64,000 nt of DNA, from the NCBI GenBank assembly GCA_046483985.1, contig JAWOCD010000028.1, forward strand, positions 1 through 64,000, read 5' to 3'. Shown piece after piece: positions 48,745-57,907 of the stretch. The notes under the pieces were generated by a model. That model did no database searches and was not told the origin of the DNA. It saw only the letters and a list, made by a program, of their open reading frames with translations. Made by a program: the position numbers and the translations under genes. The stretch comes from Promethearchaeia archaeon. Lineage in GTDB: Archaea; Asgardarchaeota; Lokiarchaeia; Sigyniarchaeales; SOKP01. Positions within the stretch are counted from its first letter, which is position 1. Each line of letters begins with the position of its first letter.

Positions 48745-50211
48745 TTAATATTTCCCCAATAGGTCGTGTGGCGCTGTTTCTAATTGACCGACTGCGGATA
48801 TGAGACCTATCTTTGCTTTTTTCATCTCTTCTATTGTCCTTGCACCAGAGTATATCATTCCGTTTTCTAAACCCTCCTTAAGGGTAGAAAGAACGCCATC
48901 TAAATCGCCTACGAATGGAACATAATCGGAGACACCTTCGGGTAAGCTTTTAGAATCCTTGACATACCGATCCAGAGCATATTCTGTGGCTCTTGCTTCC
49001 TTGGATCCCATCCCACGATAGATTTTTACCTTACGCCCTTGGATAGTATCAACGTACCCAGGACTTTCGGAACATCCCGCGAAGAAATGTCCAGACATGA
49101 TTAAATCGGCCCCGACTGCAAATGCCTTCGGGAGCTCACCGGGATTCTTAAACCCTCCATCGGCAATTAGGGATACATCAGGATTATAATCTGCAATTGC
49201 ATCCGCAGCTTGCGCTGTTGCGAAAAAGGTTGGCGCGCCTACACCAGTTTGTATTGTTGTTGTACAGATGGAACCAGATCCCATTCCGACCTTGATTCCA
49301 ATAAACTGTTCTTCAGGGAAATCATAAGTGAGTAAGTGCTCCGCGGCTTCATATGTGCCTATATTACCCAATACAAATTCTGAATCTAATAATTCCATTA
49401 ATTTTTTGGTTCCTTCGAGATCATTACTTTTAAAGAAGTCTGCAACATCTATAAAGAAAACATCAACGTAATTATCAAGTTCTTTTAATTTAGAGATAGC
49501 TTCAGATGATTTTGGAAATTTTGGGGAGATTCCCAACCCACATAAGAGTCTTCCCTCTTCATCTTTCGAAGAAAGAGGAAATTCGGGTTTCAAGTCTTTT
49601 TTTGTAATAAGACCCCGTAACTTCTTATCTTTATCAATTATAGGTAATTTCTCCTTTCTGTGCCGATACAATTCTTCTAAAGCTTCTTCTCTTGATGCTC
49701 CGGGTTCGAGAGAGATAACATCTTCGGTCATAAAATCTTGTACCTTCCCCTTTTTGAAATCCTCCTCAAAGTATGGAATATCTCTTTTAGTAAAGATACC
49801 AGCGACTTCGTTCTCTGAATTAACAACCACTAATCCGCTAATGCCATAATTCTCCATCATATATTTTGCTTGCGAGACGGGTGCATCGGGGTTGATGGTT
49901 GCAATATCCGTAATTACAAATGATCTCGCACGTTTTACACTCTTTACCATCTCTAATTGCTTTTCATAGGAACAATTTCTATGTAATACCCCTAAGCCGC
50001 CTAATAGCCCCATTTTTATTGCCATTTCGCTTTCGGTTACGGTGTCCATTGCAGCCGATAAGATAGGGACATTTAATTTATATTTTCCCAACTCCGTAGA
50101 GATATCTACTTCACTGGGATCAAATTTAGTATGCCCGGGTAAAATGATTGCATCGTTGAATGTAGCTACTAATTCTTTAGCATGTGCCTTTTTTCTGAAA
50201 TAGTTTGTCAT
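48745..50211 (-). CDS. guaB: IMP dehydrogenase with CBS pair
   Basis: SAAMDTVTE, KVGMGSGSICTT, IADGG, YRGMGS and PEGV motifs. Confidence 0.95.
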   Translation of the reverse strand: MTNYFRKKAHAKELVATFNDAIILPGHTKFDPSEVDISTELGKYKLNVPILSAAMDTVTESEMAIKMGLLGGLGVLHRNCSYEKQLEMVKSVKRARSFVITDIATINPDAPVSQAKYMMENYGISGLVVVNSENEVAGIFTKRDIPYFEEDFKKGKVQDFMTEDVISLEPGASREEALEELYRHRKEKLPIIDKDKKLRGLITKKDLKPEFPLSSKDEEGRLLCGLGISPKFPKSSEAISKLKELDNYVDVFFIDVADFFKSNDLEGTKKLMELLDSEFVLGNIGTYEAAEHLLTYDFPEEQFIGIKVGMGSGSICTTTIQTGVGAPTFFATAQAADAIADYNPDVSLIADGGFKNPGELPKAFAVGADLIMSGHFFAGCSESPGYVDTIQGRKVKIYRGMGSKEARATEYALDRYVKDSKSLPEGVSDYVPFVGDLDGVLSTLKEGLENGMIYSGARTIEEMKKAKIGLISAVGQLETAPHDLLGKY

Positions 50212-50358
50212 TTTTATCTCTAACTAACAATCCATCATTAAAAATTTAAAATAATTAAGAAAAATCTATTAAAAAATAATTTAAAATATTATTAAAATAG
50301 ATAATTCTTTGTGAATAATAATATATTTGTTAGTAATTAAATCAATTTAACTTTTGAC

Positions 50359-50512
50359 GATCTGCGAAAGAAGTCCCCATCCCTTTAGGGAGGGGATGAA
50401 TTTCGTATATTATACAAACATTTTTATATTTGGTTGGTATTATCTTAGTAACCAAGTGAAACGCTTAGTGGACTCGTAGGAATCCCCGTCCTTTAGGGCG
50501 GGGAGACTTCAA
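50359..50512 (+). mobile_element. Complete 154-bp non-autonomous IS200/IS605-derived element
   Basis: TTGAC, then the 42-bp left-end hairpin, then right-end hairpin CCCCGTCCTTTAGGGCGGGG followed by ACTTCAA. Confidence 0.85.
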
Positions 50513-50539
50513 TTTCTAAAAGTAAATATCTGATTTTAT

Positions 50540-50679
50540 CATTAAAGGCAAAGTATAATCAAGTTCGCCGTCCTTTCGGGGACGATCCTGTCGGGGTGGA
50601 GAACCACGCCGTATTGTCTAGTGTGGGTATGATGCATTAGGGAGTACGAATCTCACGCCTTCAGACGTGAGTAGTTCAA
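50540..50679 (+). mobile_element. Second non-autonomous IS200/IS605-derived element (related copy at 54699)
   Basis: TTTAT, then CATTAAAGGCAAA...CGTATTGTCTAG...GCATTAGGGAGTACGAATCTCACGCCTTCAGACGTGAGTAGTTCAA. Confidence 0.8.
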
Positions 50680-50851
50680 ATTATTATTAAAAATAAGAAA
50701 TATTAAATCAATTTTTATCTTTCAAAATTTATTTAGATCAAAAATTAAGTCGGATTTATAAGTATGCTATTGGACCTCCCGAATACCTTTTCCACTTTGA
50801 AGGTGAATCGCCTTTCAGCACTTTGATGGTGAGATTCAACAAATAATTTAT

Positions 50852-51748
50852 TTATTTCTTTCTTCCCCTATAAAAAAAGATTCCAACAGCTGCTATACAG
50901 ACTATTCCTATAATAATCGCCCAGATAATCCACGGAGGAAGGGGGACGGGATCATCGCATTTTGATGGTTCATACTCAAATCCCTTTATTACTACTTCGG
51001 TTTCCTCTCCATCACTGGGGGCCATTCCATCCATAAGCCATAAATTCATACGAGCTTTCTCTGTACTGGGTTCGGGATTATTGTTTCCTGTATAGAACCA
51101 TTCTTCCACCACATTCTGCTCATCATAATTAAAAGTGGAATCGATTGCGGAATAAAACTTAATATACTCTTCACACCACGTAAATCCATGTACCGAATCC
51201 TCAGTTTTATTAGGAAACTCAAATCGATGAATGTTGCCCAGATTACTGGAAGGTTGAACCACAAATTGCCCCAACTTAGCATTTTTATCCCCCCATTTAG
51301 CAAACTCAATATCTATCTCATTTTCATCGTCTAAATAGGTAAATAAGCCTAAAATAACATTTTTATCCAAATCTTTAAATCCCGGTGCCAATTTGAAATT
51401 ATATGTTCCGTGTCCGAATGATTCATCTGAGTAAATCTCGGCACAATACCATTTACCATTATTCTTAGTTATCTTCAGATGAAGATATCCATCTTCATCA
51501 AGCCATACATTCTCTTCGCTACTATTAAAATAATTGGGACCTGGTCCTTGTTTCTCTCCAGCGGACGTTCTCTTGGTCCAATTATACCCCGAAAAGGAAA
51601 ATTCATTTTCCCCCGAAGTTGCCCTTATCTGGGGATCTTCAGAACCTTCGGACAAAGTATTGCTGTTTCTTGGCTGAGTAAATATGAGTGAGGGGAAAAT
51701 TAACACGAAAAGAAAGAAATAAACACGATACTTCGATTTTTTTATCAT
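50852..51748 (-). CDS. Glycoside hydrolase family 16, exported and C-terminally anchored
   Basis: EIDIE catalytic motif, GLFTY, signal peptide and C-terminal TM with basic tail. Confidence 0.88.
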   Translation of the reverse strand: MIKKSKYRVYFFLFVLIFPSLIFTQPRNSNTLSEGSEDPQIRATSGENEFSFSGYNWTKRTSAGEKQGPGPNYFNSSEENVWLDEDGYLHLKITKNNGKWYCAEIYSDESFGHGTYNFKLAPGFKDLDKNVILGLFTYLDDENEIDIEFAKWGDKNAKLGQFVVQPSSNLGNIHRFEFPNKTEDSVHGFTWCEEYIKFYSAIDSTFNYDEQNVVEEWFYTGNNNPEPSTEKARMNLWLMDGMAPSDGEETEVVIKGFEYEPSKCDDPVPLPPWIIWAIIIGIVCIAAVGIFFYRGRKK

Positions 51749-51790
51749 ATACCATCTCGACTTCTTATAAGTATCTAATTAATTTGAATT

Positions 51791-52708
51791 CTACATCCTT
51801 ATAAGATTTTTTCTCTCCATGTTTTGAATCTTCGGGTCATTGATATGTTTATTTAACACTTTTATGAAATGTTCTCTATCTTCTTGGATATTTTTCGTGT
51901 GCAAGCTTACATAATTACTTATATGGTCGTTATAGACCTCTGAAGTTACATTTTCACCTAAGTTTGCAATGATATCTCTTTCTTCTTTTAAGTTCTCAAC
52001 GGGCGAGAGTAATCGAAACTCCCCACTTTTCCACTCATCCCAGAGCGGCGTATTAGGTAGCACATTTAATGTTCGAAAGCGGAAAATGGTGGGATTTACC
52101 TCTGTTAAAACTCTGGCAGTCCCTTTTACATGGTCTTCTGAATGTTTTTTTCCTCCCAAACCCAATAAGATATAAAGCGATAAGTCTATACCTGCTTTTA
52201 ACACTCGCTTACCTGCTTCTATCATAGATTCGGCATTAGTTCCCTTCCTCATTATTCGTAAGACCTCACTACTGCCGCTTTCTAAGCCCATATAGACAAT
52301 ATCGAGTCCAGCCTCAGTTAATTTTTCTAATTCCGCATCGGACTTTCGTAAAATATCCAAGGATTTTGCGTAGCAGCTCACTCGTGGTACATTTTTCAAC
52401 TTCTTTCTGACATGTTTGATGATCTTTGCCAAGTAATCTGTGGAAGCACTGGTAGGGTTTCCACCGGCTAAAAAGACAGGTTTCCCATGAAAATTTCTTT
52501 CTGCAAACTGGTCAATATCCTCGAGTACATCTTCTAACGGTCTAATCGCATATTCTTGAATCCCTCCATATACTCCTTTATACGTACCGCAGAATTTACA
52601 TTTATTCCAAGAACATCCTCCCGTGACAGGAATCAAGACAGAGTATGCTTCTACGGGAGGGCGGATCACAATTCGATCCGGAGGTAATTTTCGAACCATT
52701 TTACTCAC
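51791..52708 (-). CDS. Radical SAM protein (same family as 9037..9966)
   Basis: RPPVEAYS..VTGGCSWNKCKFC, GLESG and DHISNY motifs. Confidence 0.9.
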   Translation of the reverse strand: MSKMVRKLPPDRIVIRPPVEAYSVLIPVTGGCSWNKCKFCGTYKGVYGGIQEYAIRPLEDVLEDIDQFAERNFHGKPVFLAGGNPTSASTDYLAKIIKHVRKKLKNVPRVSCYAKSLDILRKSDAELEKLTEAGLDIVYMGLESGSSEVLRIMRKGTNAESMIEAGKRVLKAGIDLSLYILLGLGGKKHSEDHVKGTARVLTEVNPTIFRFRTLNVLPNTPLWDEWKSGEFRLLSPVENLKEERDIIANLGENVTSEVYNDHISNYVSLHTKNIQEDREHFIKVLNKHINDPKIQNMERKNLIRM

Positions 52709-52898
52709 CAGAATTTATTTTCGATTATAATAGTAAATAATAATTAGTAATTTTTTTCTAATCCTATATTTTTTAAAATGATTCAGAAATAAAGAATTTC
52801 ACTTTTATTATTCAAACCCTCAAATTCAATTATTTTTTTTAAGAAGCAACAATTTTGCTAATTAATTATAATAATAAAATAAGTATCTTGGAGCTTTC

Positions 52899-53555
52899 AT
52901 GAGAGAAAACCACGAGGATCCGCATTATGGATATAAGATAACAATATTGGGCGGCGGTGGCGTAGGAAAAACGTGTCTATTTAACAGATATTGTTTTAAT
53001 TCATTTTCCTTTAATACTCTCATGACCATTGGCATTAACTTCCACTCAACAAAATTACAAATTAGTGCTAAGGATAAGGATAAGGATAAGGACAAGGACA
53101 AGGACAAGGACAAGAACAAGAACAAGAACAAGAACAAGAACAAGAAGGGGGAATTTACTGTAATCAATTCTATTTTTGATTTCGGAGGACAAGATCGGTT
53201 TAAGAATTTGGTACCCAAATTCTTGGATGGAACCAGCGGTGCCTTGCTTGTATTTGATATATCCTCGTTTGCGAGTTTTCAGACCTTAGAGTATTGGCAT
53301 GAAAAACTACGTAAAAACACAAAGGAAAAAGTGCCTACACTCTTGGTTAGTAGTAAATACGATTTAGTTGATAAGGTTCCAAAAGCCCAGCTTGTGAATC
53401 AACAGTTAATCGAGAGATTTGTTGAAGAAAAAAATCTGGATGGCTATATCTGTACATCAGCATTAGAAAACAAAAATGTTCTAAAAGTATTTAAAGAATT
53501 GACAAAATTGATGCTCAAACAAGACCATGCCATGTCCCACATTAAGATCCTATGA
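52899..53555 (+). CDS. Rab/Ras-like small GTPase with (KD)7(KN)5 insertion
   Basis: G1 GGGGVGKT, TIG, DFGGQDRF, SKYD and TSA motifs; no C-terminal cysteine. Confidence 0.9.
   Translation: MRENHEDPHYGYKITILGGGGVGKTCLFNRYCFNSFSFNTLMTIGINFHSTKLQISAKDKDKDKDKDKDKDKNKNKNKNKNKKGEFTVINSIFDFGGQDRFKNLVPKFLDGTSGALLVFDISSFASFQTLEYWHEKLRKNTKEKVPTLLVSSKYDLVDKVPKAQLVNQQLIERFVEEKNLDGYICTSALENKNVLKVFKELTKLMLKQDHAMSHIKIL
53070..53147 (+). repeat. In-frame hexanucleotide microsatellite
   Basis: (AAGGAT)3(AAGGAC)4(AAGAAC)5AAGAAG. Confidence 0.95.
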
Positions 53556-53610
53556 ATTTAGTTTAATCTTATTTTTCACTTTTCAGATTTGAACTTAACT
53601 ATCCCCGAAA

Positions 53611-54663
53611 TTAAATATAATCTAAGAATTCATTAAAGAAGCCTATCTGTTCTTTGTTTAAATCGGGATAGATTTCTTTTAAGCTGGATTTTGCTTGATT
53701 TACCAAATTTTGAGAAAATTGCTTTGCAACCTTCACTACTTGCCTCTCTCTAAAAATCCGTTCGACTGTTTGAATATCCTCGTTTGATAATTCTGGCTTT
53801 CGATAAATTTCATTAAGTTTTGATTGTTCTTCGTCGGCTTTTTGAACGGCAAGAATATATAAGAATCTTTTCTCTTTGGCCTTAATATCTTTTTTCATAT
53901 CTGCGATATCGTCTCGAATGGCATATGCTTGCCCCATTTTTACCATTGCTTTACTCAATGGCTTAATTTGATAATGAATATTTCCTTTTGCCAATATGGC
54001 GCCTATCGTTGTTGATTTTTCAAACATTCGGGCACGTTGCATCTCTGCGATCTCTAAATATTGTTCCAAAGTCATCGTTTGCTGCTGATAAGACATATAT
54101 TCCTCAATAATCTGACCCTTTATGAGGTAATTCGATGCGGTAGTATACTCATTGATTGCTTTTAATTTTAATTCAGGCGGAAATTTTCCTGACTTCAGAA
54201 TATCTAACCCTAATATATATCCATAATTACCTCCCAAAATGCCTAAATCACGCCCATAAAGGTCAATTTCCATGTTTTTGCTTTGAAGATTAAGACTTTT
54301 ATATGTTTCTGAAACTTGGTTTCCCAACTGAACATGAAACGTGGGTTTCCCTCTTCTTTTTGTATCGTCATCAATTAAATCATCAAAAATCAAATTACCC
54401 GAATGCAATAATTCTACGGCAATGGATACATTCCGAATCTCATCGATGTAATCCTCCAAATACATGGGATTTACAATACCGCTATATGCCGCGATTAATA
54501 AGATTGGATGGATTCTTTTTGCCTCTTCGTTAACAATAAATGTACGCAGTTCACTAAGAAAGTCTTTAAATAATGAATCCGACTCGTTTTGTGCGATGCG
54601 ATTAAAATACTTGTTTAATTTTTTGTTAACAAATCTTTTTTCCCTTTTCAAAAATTCTTCCAT
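53611..54663 (-). CDS. idsA: Polyprenyl diphosphate synthase (GGPP synthase-like)
   Basis: KRIHP, ELLH...DDLIDDDTKRRGKPTFH, GQ and RDDIAD motifs. Start placed at ATG 54663. Confidence 0.88.
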   Translation of the reverse strand: MEEFLKREKRFVNKKLNKYFNRIAQNESDSLFKDFLSELRTFIVNEEAKRIHPILLIAAYSGIVNPMYLEDYIDEIRNVSIAVELLHSGNLIFDDLIDDDTKRRGKPTFHVQLGNQVSETYKSLNLQSKNMEIDLYGRDLGILGGNYGYILGLDILKSGKFPPELKLKAINEYTTASNYLIKGQIIEEYMSYQQQTMTLEQYLEIAEMQRARMFEKSTTIGAILAKGNIHYQIKPLSKAMVKMGQAYAIRDDIADMKKDIKAKEKRFLYILAVQKADEEQSKLNEIYRKPELSNEDIQTVERIFRERQVVKVAKQFSQNLVNQAKSSLKEIYPDLNKEQIGFFNEFLDYI

Positions 54664-54698
54664 AATAAAGATTAAAAACCTATCATTTTTAATTTTAT

Positions 54699-54798
54699 CA
54701 TTAAAGGCAAAAGCATACCCCGTCCTTTCCGTATTGTCTAGGGGTGTATTACGCATTAGGGAGTACGAATCTCACGCCTCCAGCCGTGAGTAATTTAA
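54699..54798 (+). mobile_element. Internally deleted copy of the 50540 element
   Basis: Shares TTTAT-CATTAAAGGCAAA, CGTATTGTCTAG and GCATTAGGGAGTACGAATCTCACGCCT..GTGAGTA with 50540..50679. Confidence 0.8.
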
Positions 54799-54809
54799 TT
54801 TGAATAAGA

Positions 54810-57182
54810 TTATTTTCGCATTGCGGTCCTGATAAGTTTTAGAGCCTTATCTGCGAACCTGCGGACTAAAAAATAATCATCGTGGAGAGCATCTCTTAAT
54901 GCGGGAATTGCTTCTTTAGCCTCCAGCGGGATTGCTTCTGCCATTGCGCCTAACGTATATGCTGCTAATCTCCTCACGTGTTTATTTGGGTCATTTAATG
55001 CTTCAATGATGGGTTCTTTATGTTCCATCAACATTGTTGGATTTGCTTTTCCAACTCTCGATAATTCTAAGAATGCCTTCATCCGTGTCGTTTCGTCTTT
55101 ATCTTCCGTGGAAAGTTCGACCAGTTTGGAAATACCCATATAGGCCCATCCCGGTCTCTGCACCGTCACTTCACCTAATCCCTTAATTGCCCGGAATTTT
55201 GTATCCTCATCTTCACTTTCAACCATGTCCAAAAACATATCTATTGCGGGGGAGATGAGTTCAATATTTTGCTTAGCAATCTTTCCCAGTACTTCAATGA
55301 TCTGATTTAGCCGCTCCTCTTCCTTTTCATTGACAAACCAATCAATAATCGTCTGAACGTGTTTTACTACCTCTTCTTTCTCCTTCGCCTTGATCGCTTC
55401 ATTATAAGCTCTACATACCTTCTGCAATTTTTTATCGTACTCTAAATCAACAACAATCGTGGTCACATCGAGTTTGATGGCATCCCATTTATCCTTTAAC
55501 TGTTCTTGTTTGATTTCCTCTTCTCTTGCTTCATTTTCCTTTTTGATTTTGTTTAGAAGGTCCTCATCTAATAAGTCATCAAATAAGATCTCTCTATTTG
55601 GATTGGTTATTAAGTCTCCCAGAAAATCGACTGCAATATATCGTCTTTCATGCTCACTCTGAAATAGTTCAATGATTTCTGGTATTATTTCCTTGATAAT
55701 TTCGGGATACTTTTTTGCCACGTTATTTAGAAATAATTGTGCTTGTCTTGAGACCTCGTCATCATTTGCGTAAATATAGTCTTTGAAGGTCCCTAAAATC
55801 AATTTCTTTGCGTCTTTTTTATCTTCGTTGATAAAATTATTATTAATTTCCTCAATAAGCTCTAATAATACGTTACTCCAATCCGCAGAGAATTCCACCT
55901 TTAATCGTTCTTGTCTCTCGATCTCTTTTCGGCGTTTTTCTCTTTCCTTCCTCCTTTTTTCTTCCCGTTTCTGTTTATCTTGGATTAGGTAAGATCTGAT
56001 TTCATTATCTAATAATTCCTTATTGTCTAATATTTCGATGTTTTCTTCCAGAATGAGTGCGTTTTTGGGTTTTTTATACTTCTTCATTAATCGCTCAGTG
56101 AATCTCTTGACTAATTTAAAATTCTTTTGGAGTAATTGGGAATATAATTGGATTGCACTATTTGCCAAGTACTGGTTCTCTTCATAGAGGAATGATTTTA
56201 AAACATCAATCACCTCTTCCATTTTATCTTCGTCTTGGGTTTTTAATGCATCATTGTATTTTTCCGCTAATTCTTTTACCTCCTTTTCCCAAGTAACATC
56301 TATATTTATTGATTTTTTCTGTAATTCCTTAATTAATTGAATTTTTTTCTTCTGTTCTTTCTTTTTCTCTTCCATCCTTTCTTTTGCGATGGATCGATAC
56401 TTAAATTTTTTTGGAAACATATCCTCGATTGCAGTAATAGTGTTAATTAAAAATTCTTCGTAGGCTTCTTTTTCCTTTTTCTTTTTTTCTTTGACATCTT
56501 TTTGTAATTTGCTGACCACATCATTTATAAAGGGTTCTCGGTTTTCGGGTTTGGCAATTAGTGAGAATGTGGAGCATCCCATTTTGAATCCATCCATATC
56601 TTCCTCCTTGTAGCATTGTATGGTTTTCTTAATTAGATCTTCAACGACTTCTCTTGCGGCAATCTCATCTTCATCGATGAGTAATTTATTATAAAATTGC
56701 CCGAGTCGGAGAAATTCTCCGGTAATTCCTACATATTTAATTTCTTTCCTTTTGACCTTTTCTAAGAACTCCTTTTTCTTTTTTTCCTCGATTTTTTTTC
56801 GGGATATCCGCTCTTGATGTTCCGTTAAGATCTTTTTCAGCGTCTTTTGATCGTCAATTAATTCTTTTACGGGGGTTTCCGTTAATTTTCCTAAGGCGAC
56901 AGAAGCATAGTTAGACTTTTCCTTATCGTTTCCCTTGTATCTATGGAGTAGTACTCGAATCCCCTTTTTTAAAAAGCCTGGTTGTAAGTTTCCAATTCTT
57001 TTCAAGAGATCAGTAGCTAATTTTCTGTAATTCTCTTGAGTGTGAAAAACCAATTGGAGTATTCCGTCGATGGCGAGATTGACTTCCATAACATCTTCGA
57101 GTTCTACCCCATTGTTATAGTCCTCGATCAACCTTTTTATCTCATCAGGATACTTTTCCTTGACTTCTAATTTCATTGACAT
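54810..57182 (-). CDS. HEAT-repeat protein built from five modules of about 140 aa
   Basis: C-terminal PBS/HEAT repeats (LNDPNKHVRRLAAYTLG, LHDDYFLVRRFA); YN/IN helices recur at aa 22, 164, 309, 446 and 593. Confidence 0.8.
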   Translation of the reverse strand: MSMKLEVKEKYPDEIKRLIEDYNNGVELEDVMEVNLAIDGILQLVFHTQENYRKLATDLLKRIGNLQPGFLKKGIRVLLHRYKGNDKEKSNYASVALGKLTETPVKELIDDQKTLKKILTEHQERISRKKIEEKKKKEFLEKVKRKEIKYVGITGEFLRLGQFYNKLLIDEDEIAAREVVEDLIKKTIQCYKEEDMDGFKMGCSTFSLIAKPENREPFINDVVSKLQKDVKEKKKKEKEAYEEFLINTITAIEDMFPKKFKYRSIAKERMEEKKKEQKKKIQLIKELQKKSINIDVTWEKEVKELAEKYNDALKTQDEDKMEEVIDVLKSFLYEENQYLANSAIQLYSQLLQKNFKLVKRFTERLMKKYKKPKNALILEENIEILDNKELLDNEIRSYLIQDKQKREEKRRKEREKRRKEIERQERLKVEFSADWSNVLLELIEEINNNFINEDKKDAKKLILGTFKDYIYANDDEVSRQAQLFLNNVAKKYPEIIKEIIPEIIELFQSEHERRYIAVDFLGDLITNPNREILFDDLLDEDLLNKIKKENEAREEEIKQEQLKDKWDAIKLDVTTIVVDLEYDKKLQKVCRAYNEAIKAKEKEEVVKHVQTIIDWFVNEKEEERLNQIIEVLGKIAKQNIELISPAIDMFLDMVESEDEDTKFRAIKGLGEVTVQRPGWAYMGISKLVELSTEDKDETTRMKAFLELSRVGKANPTMLMEHKEPIIEALNDPNKHVRRLAAYTLGAMAEAIPLEAKEAIPALRDALHDDYFLVRRFADKALKLIRTAMRK

Positions 57183-57300
57183 TATTATTTGAGCACGCTA
57201 TAATATTCTTATTAATTTTAAATTTAGCTTTTAATAGAGAAAAAATCTTAATATTATATTGGTTTTTGCATTATTATATTTTAACTTTGGTGGTAAACAG

Positions 57301-57804
57301 ATGTTATTAGGAGTTATTTCAGATACGCATGACCATAAGGATAATATTTTAAAAGCAGTCTCTCTAATGAATGAAAGAGGAGTGAAAGCATTGATTCATT
57401 GCGGTGATTTCATTGCTCCCTTCGTTCGAAGATGGTTCGATAATTTAAATGACGAGATAAAAGAAAATTTCTATGGCACGTTCGGAAATAATGACGGAGA
57501 ATTACTTTTTTTAGAAAAGAATCTCGGACAAATCTGCGAGCTGCAGAATGAATTAATTATTGAGTTGGACGGAAAAAGGATATATACCGGCCATATGCCG
57601 AAACAAGAAACCATCGAAGCGTTAGCGGCTTCTGGTAAGTTTGATATCGTGCTCTCTGGTCATACCCATGAGATTGTTAATGAAATAAAGGATAACGGGG
57701 TATTAGTCGTGAATCCGGGAGAAGCATGCGGTTATTTATCAGGGACTGCGTCATTTGCCATTATCGATACCGATCAGATGCAAGCGGAGATAATTGAATT
57801 ATAA
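57301..57804 (+). CDS. YfcE/MJ0936-family metallophosphodiesterase
   Basis: ISDTHD, HCGD, GNND, GHTH and NPG motifs. Start placed at ATG 57301. Confidence 0.92.
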   Translation: MLLGVISDTHDHKDNILKAVSLMNERGVKALIHCGDFIAPFVRRWFDNLNDEIKENFYGTFGNNDGELLFLEKNLGQICELQNELIIELDGKRIYTGHMPKQETIEALAASGKFDIVLSGHTHEIVNEIKDNGVLVVNPGEACGYLSGTASFAIIDTDQMQAEIIEL

Positions 57805-57907
57805 TCTTAATTTTTTCTTTTTCTTTTTCTTTTGGTCCAAGGCCCGATTTTATACATCTTTTTCAAATATTAGAAACTTAAATAGACTGCTTAGCTAATT
57901 ATAAAAT

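Noticed and set aside
21456-50400. Identical 42-bp palindromic repeats as a CRISPR array
   Set aside because: The copies are about 14 kb apart with no spacers and no cas genes, and they match IS200/IS605-type left ends.
6030-53555. Other TGA-terminated genes (6030, 7754, 14607, 33378, 38559, 53555) as selenoproteins
   Set aside because: Each TGA falls at the expected end of a complete protein, and I saw no SECIS-like hairpin behind them.
54664-54756. N-terminal extension of the polyprenyl synthase in the ORF track
   Set aside because: It is read largely from the inserted 54699-54798 element; the family-like sequence starts at ATG 54663.
57301-57804. Retromer subunit Vps29
   Set aside because: The metal ligands are intact and the sequence fits the ordinary YfcE/MJ0936 family; nothing specific to Vps29 is visible.
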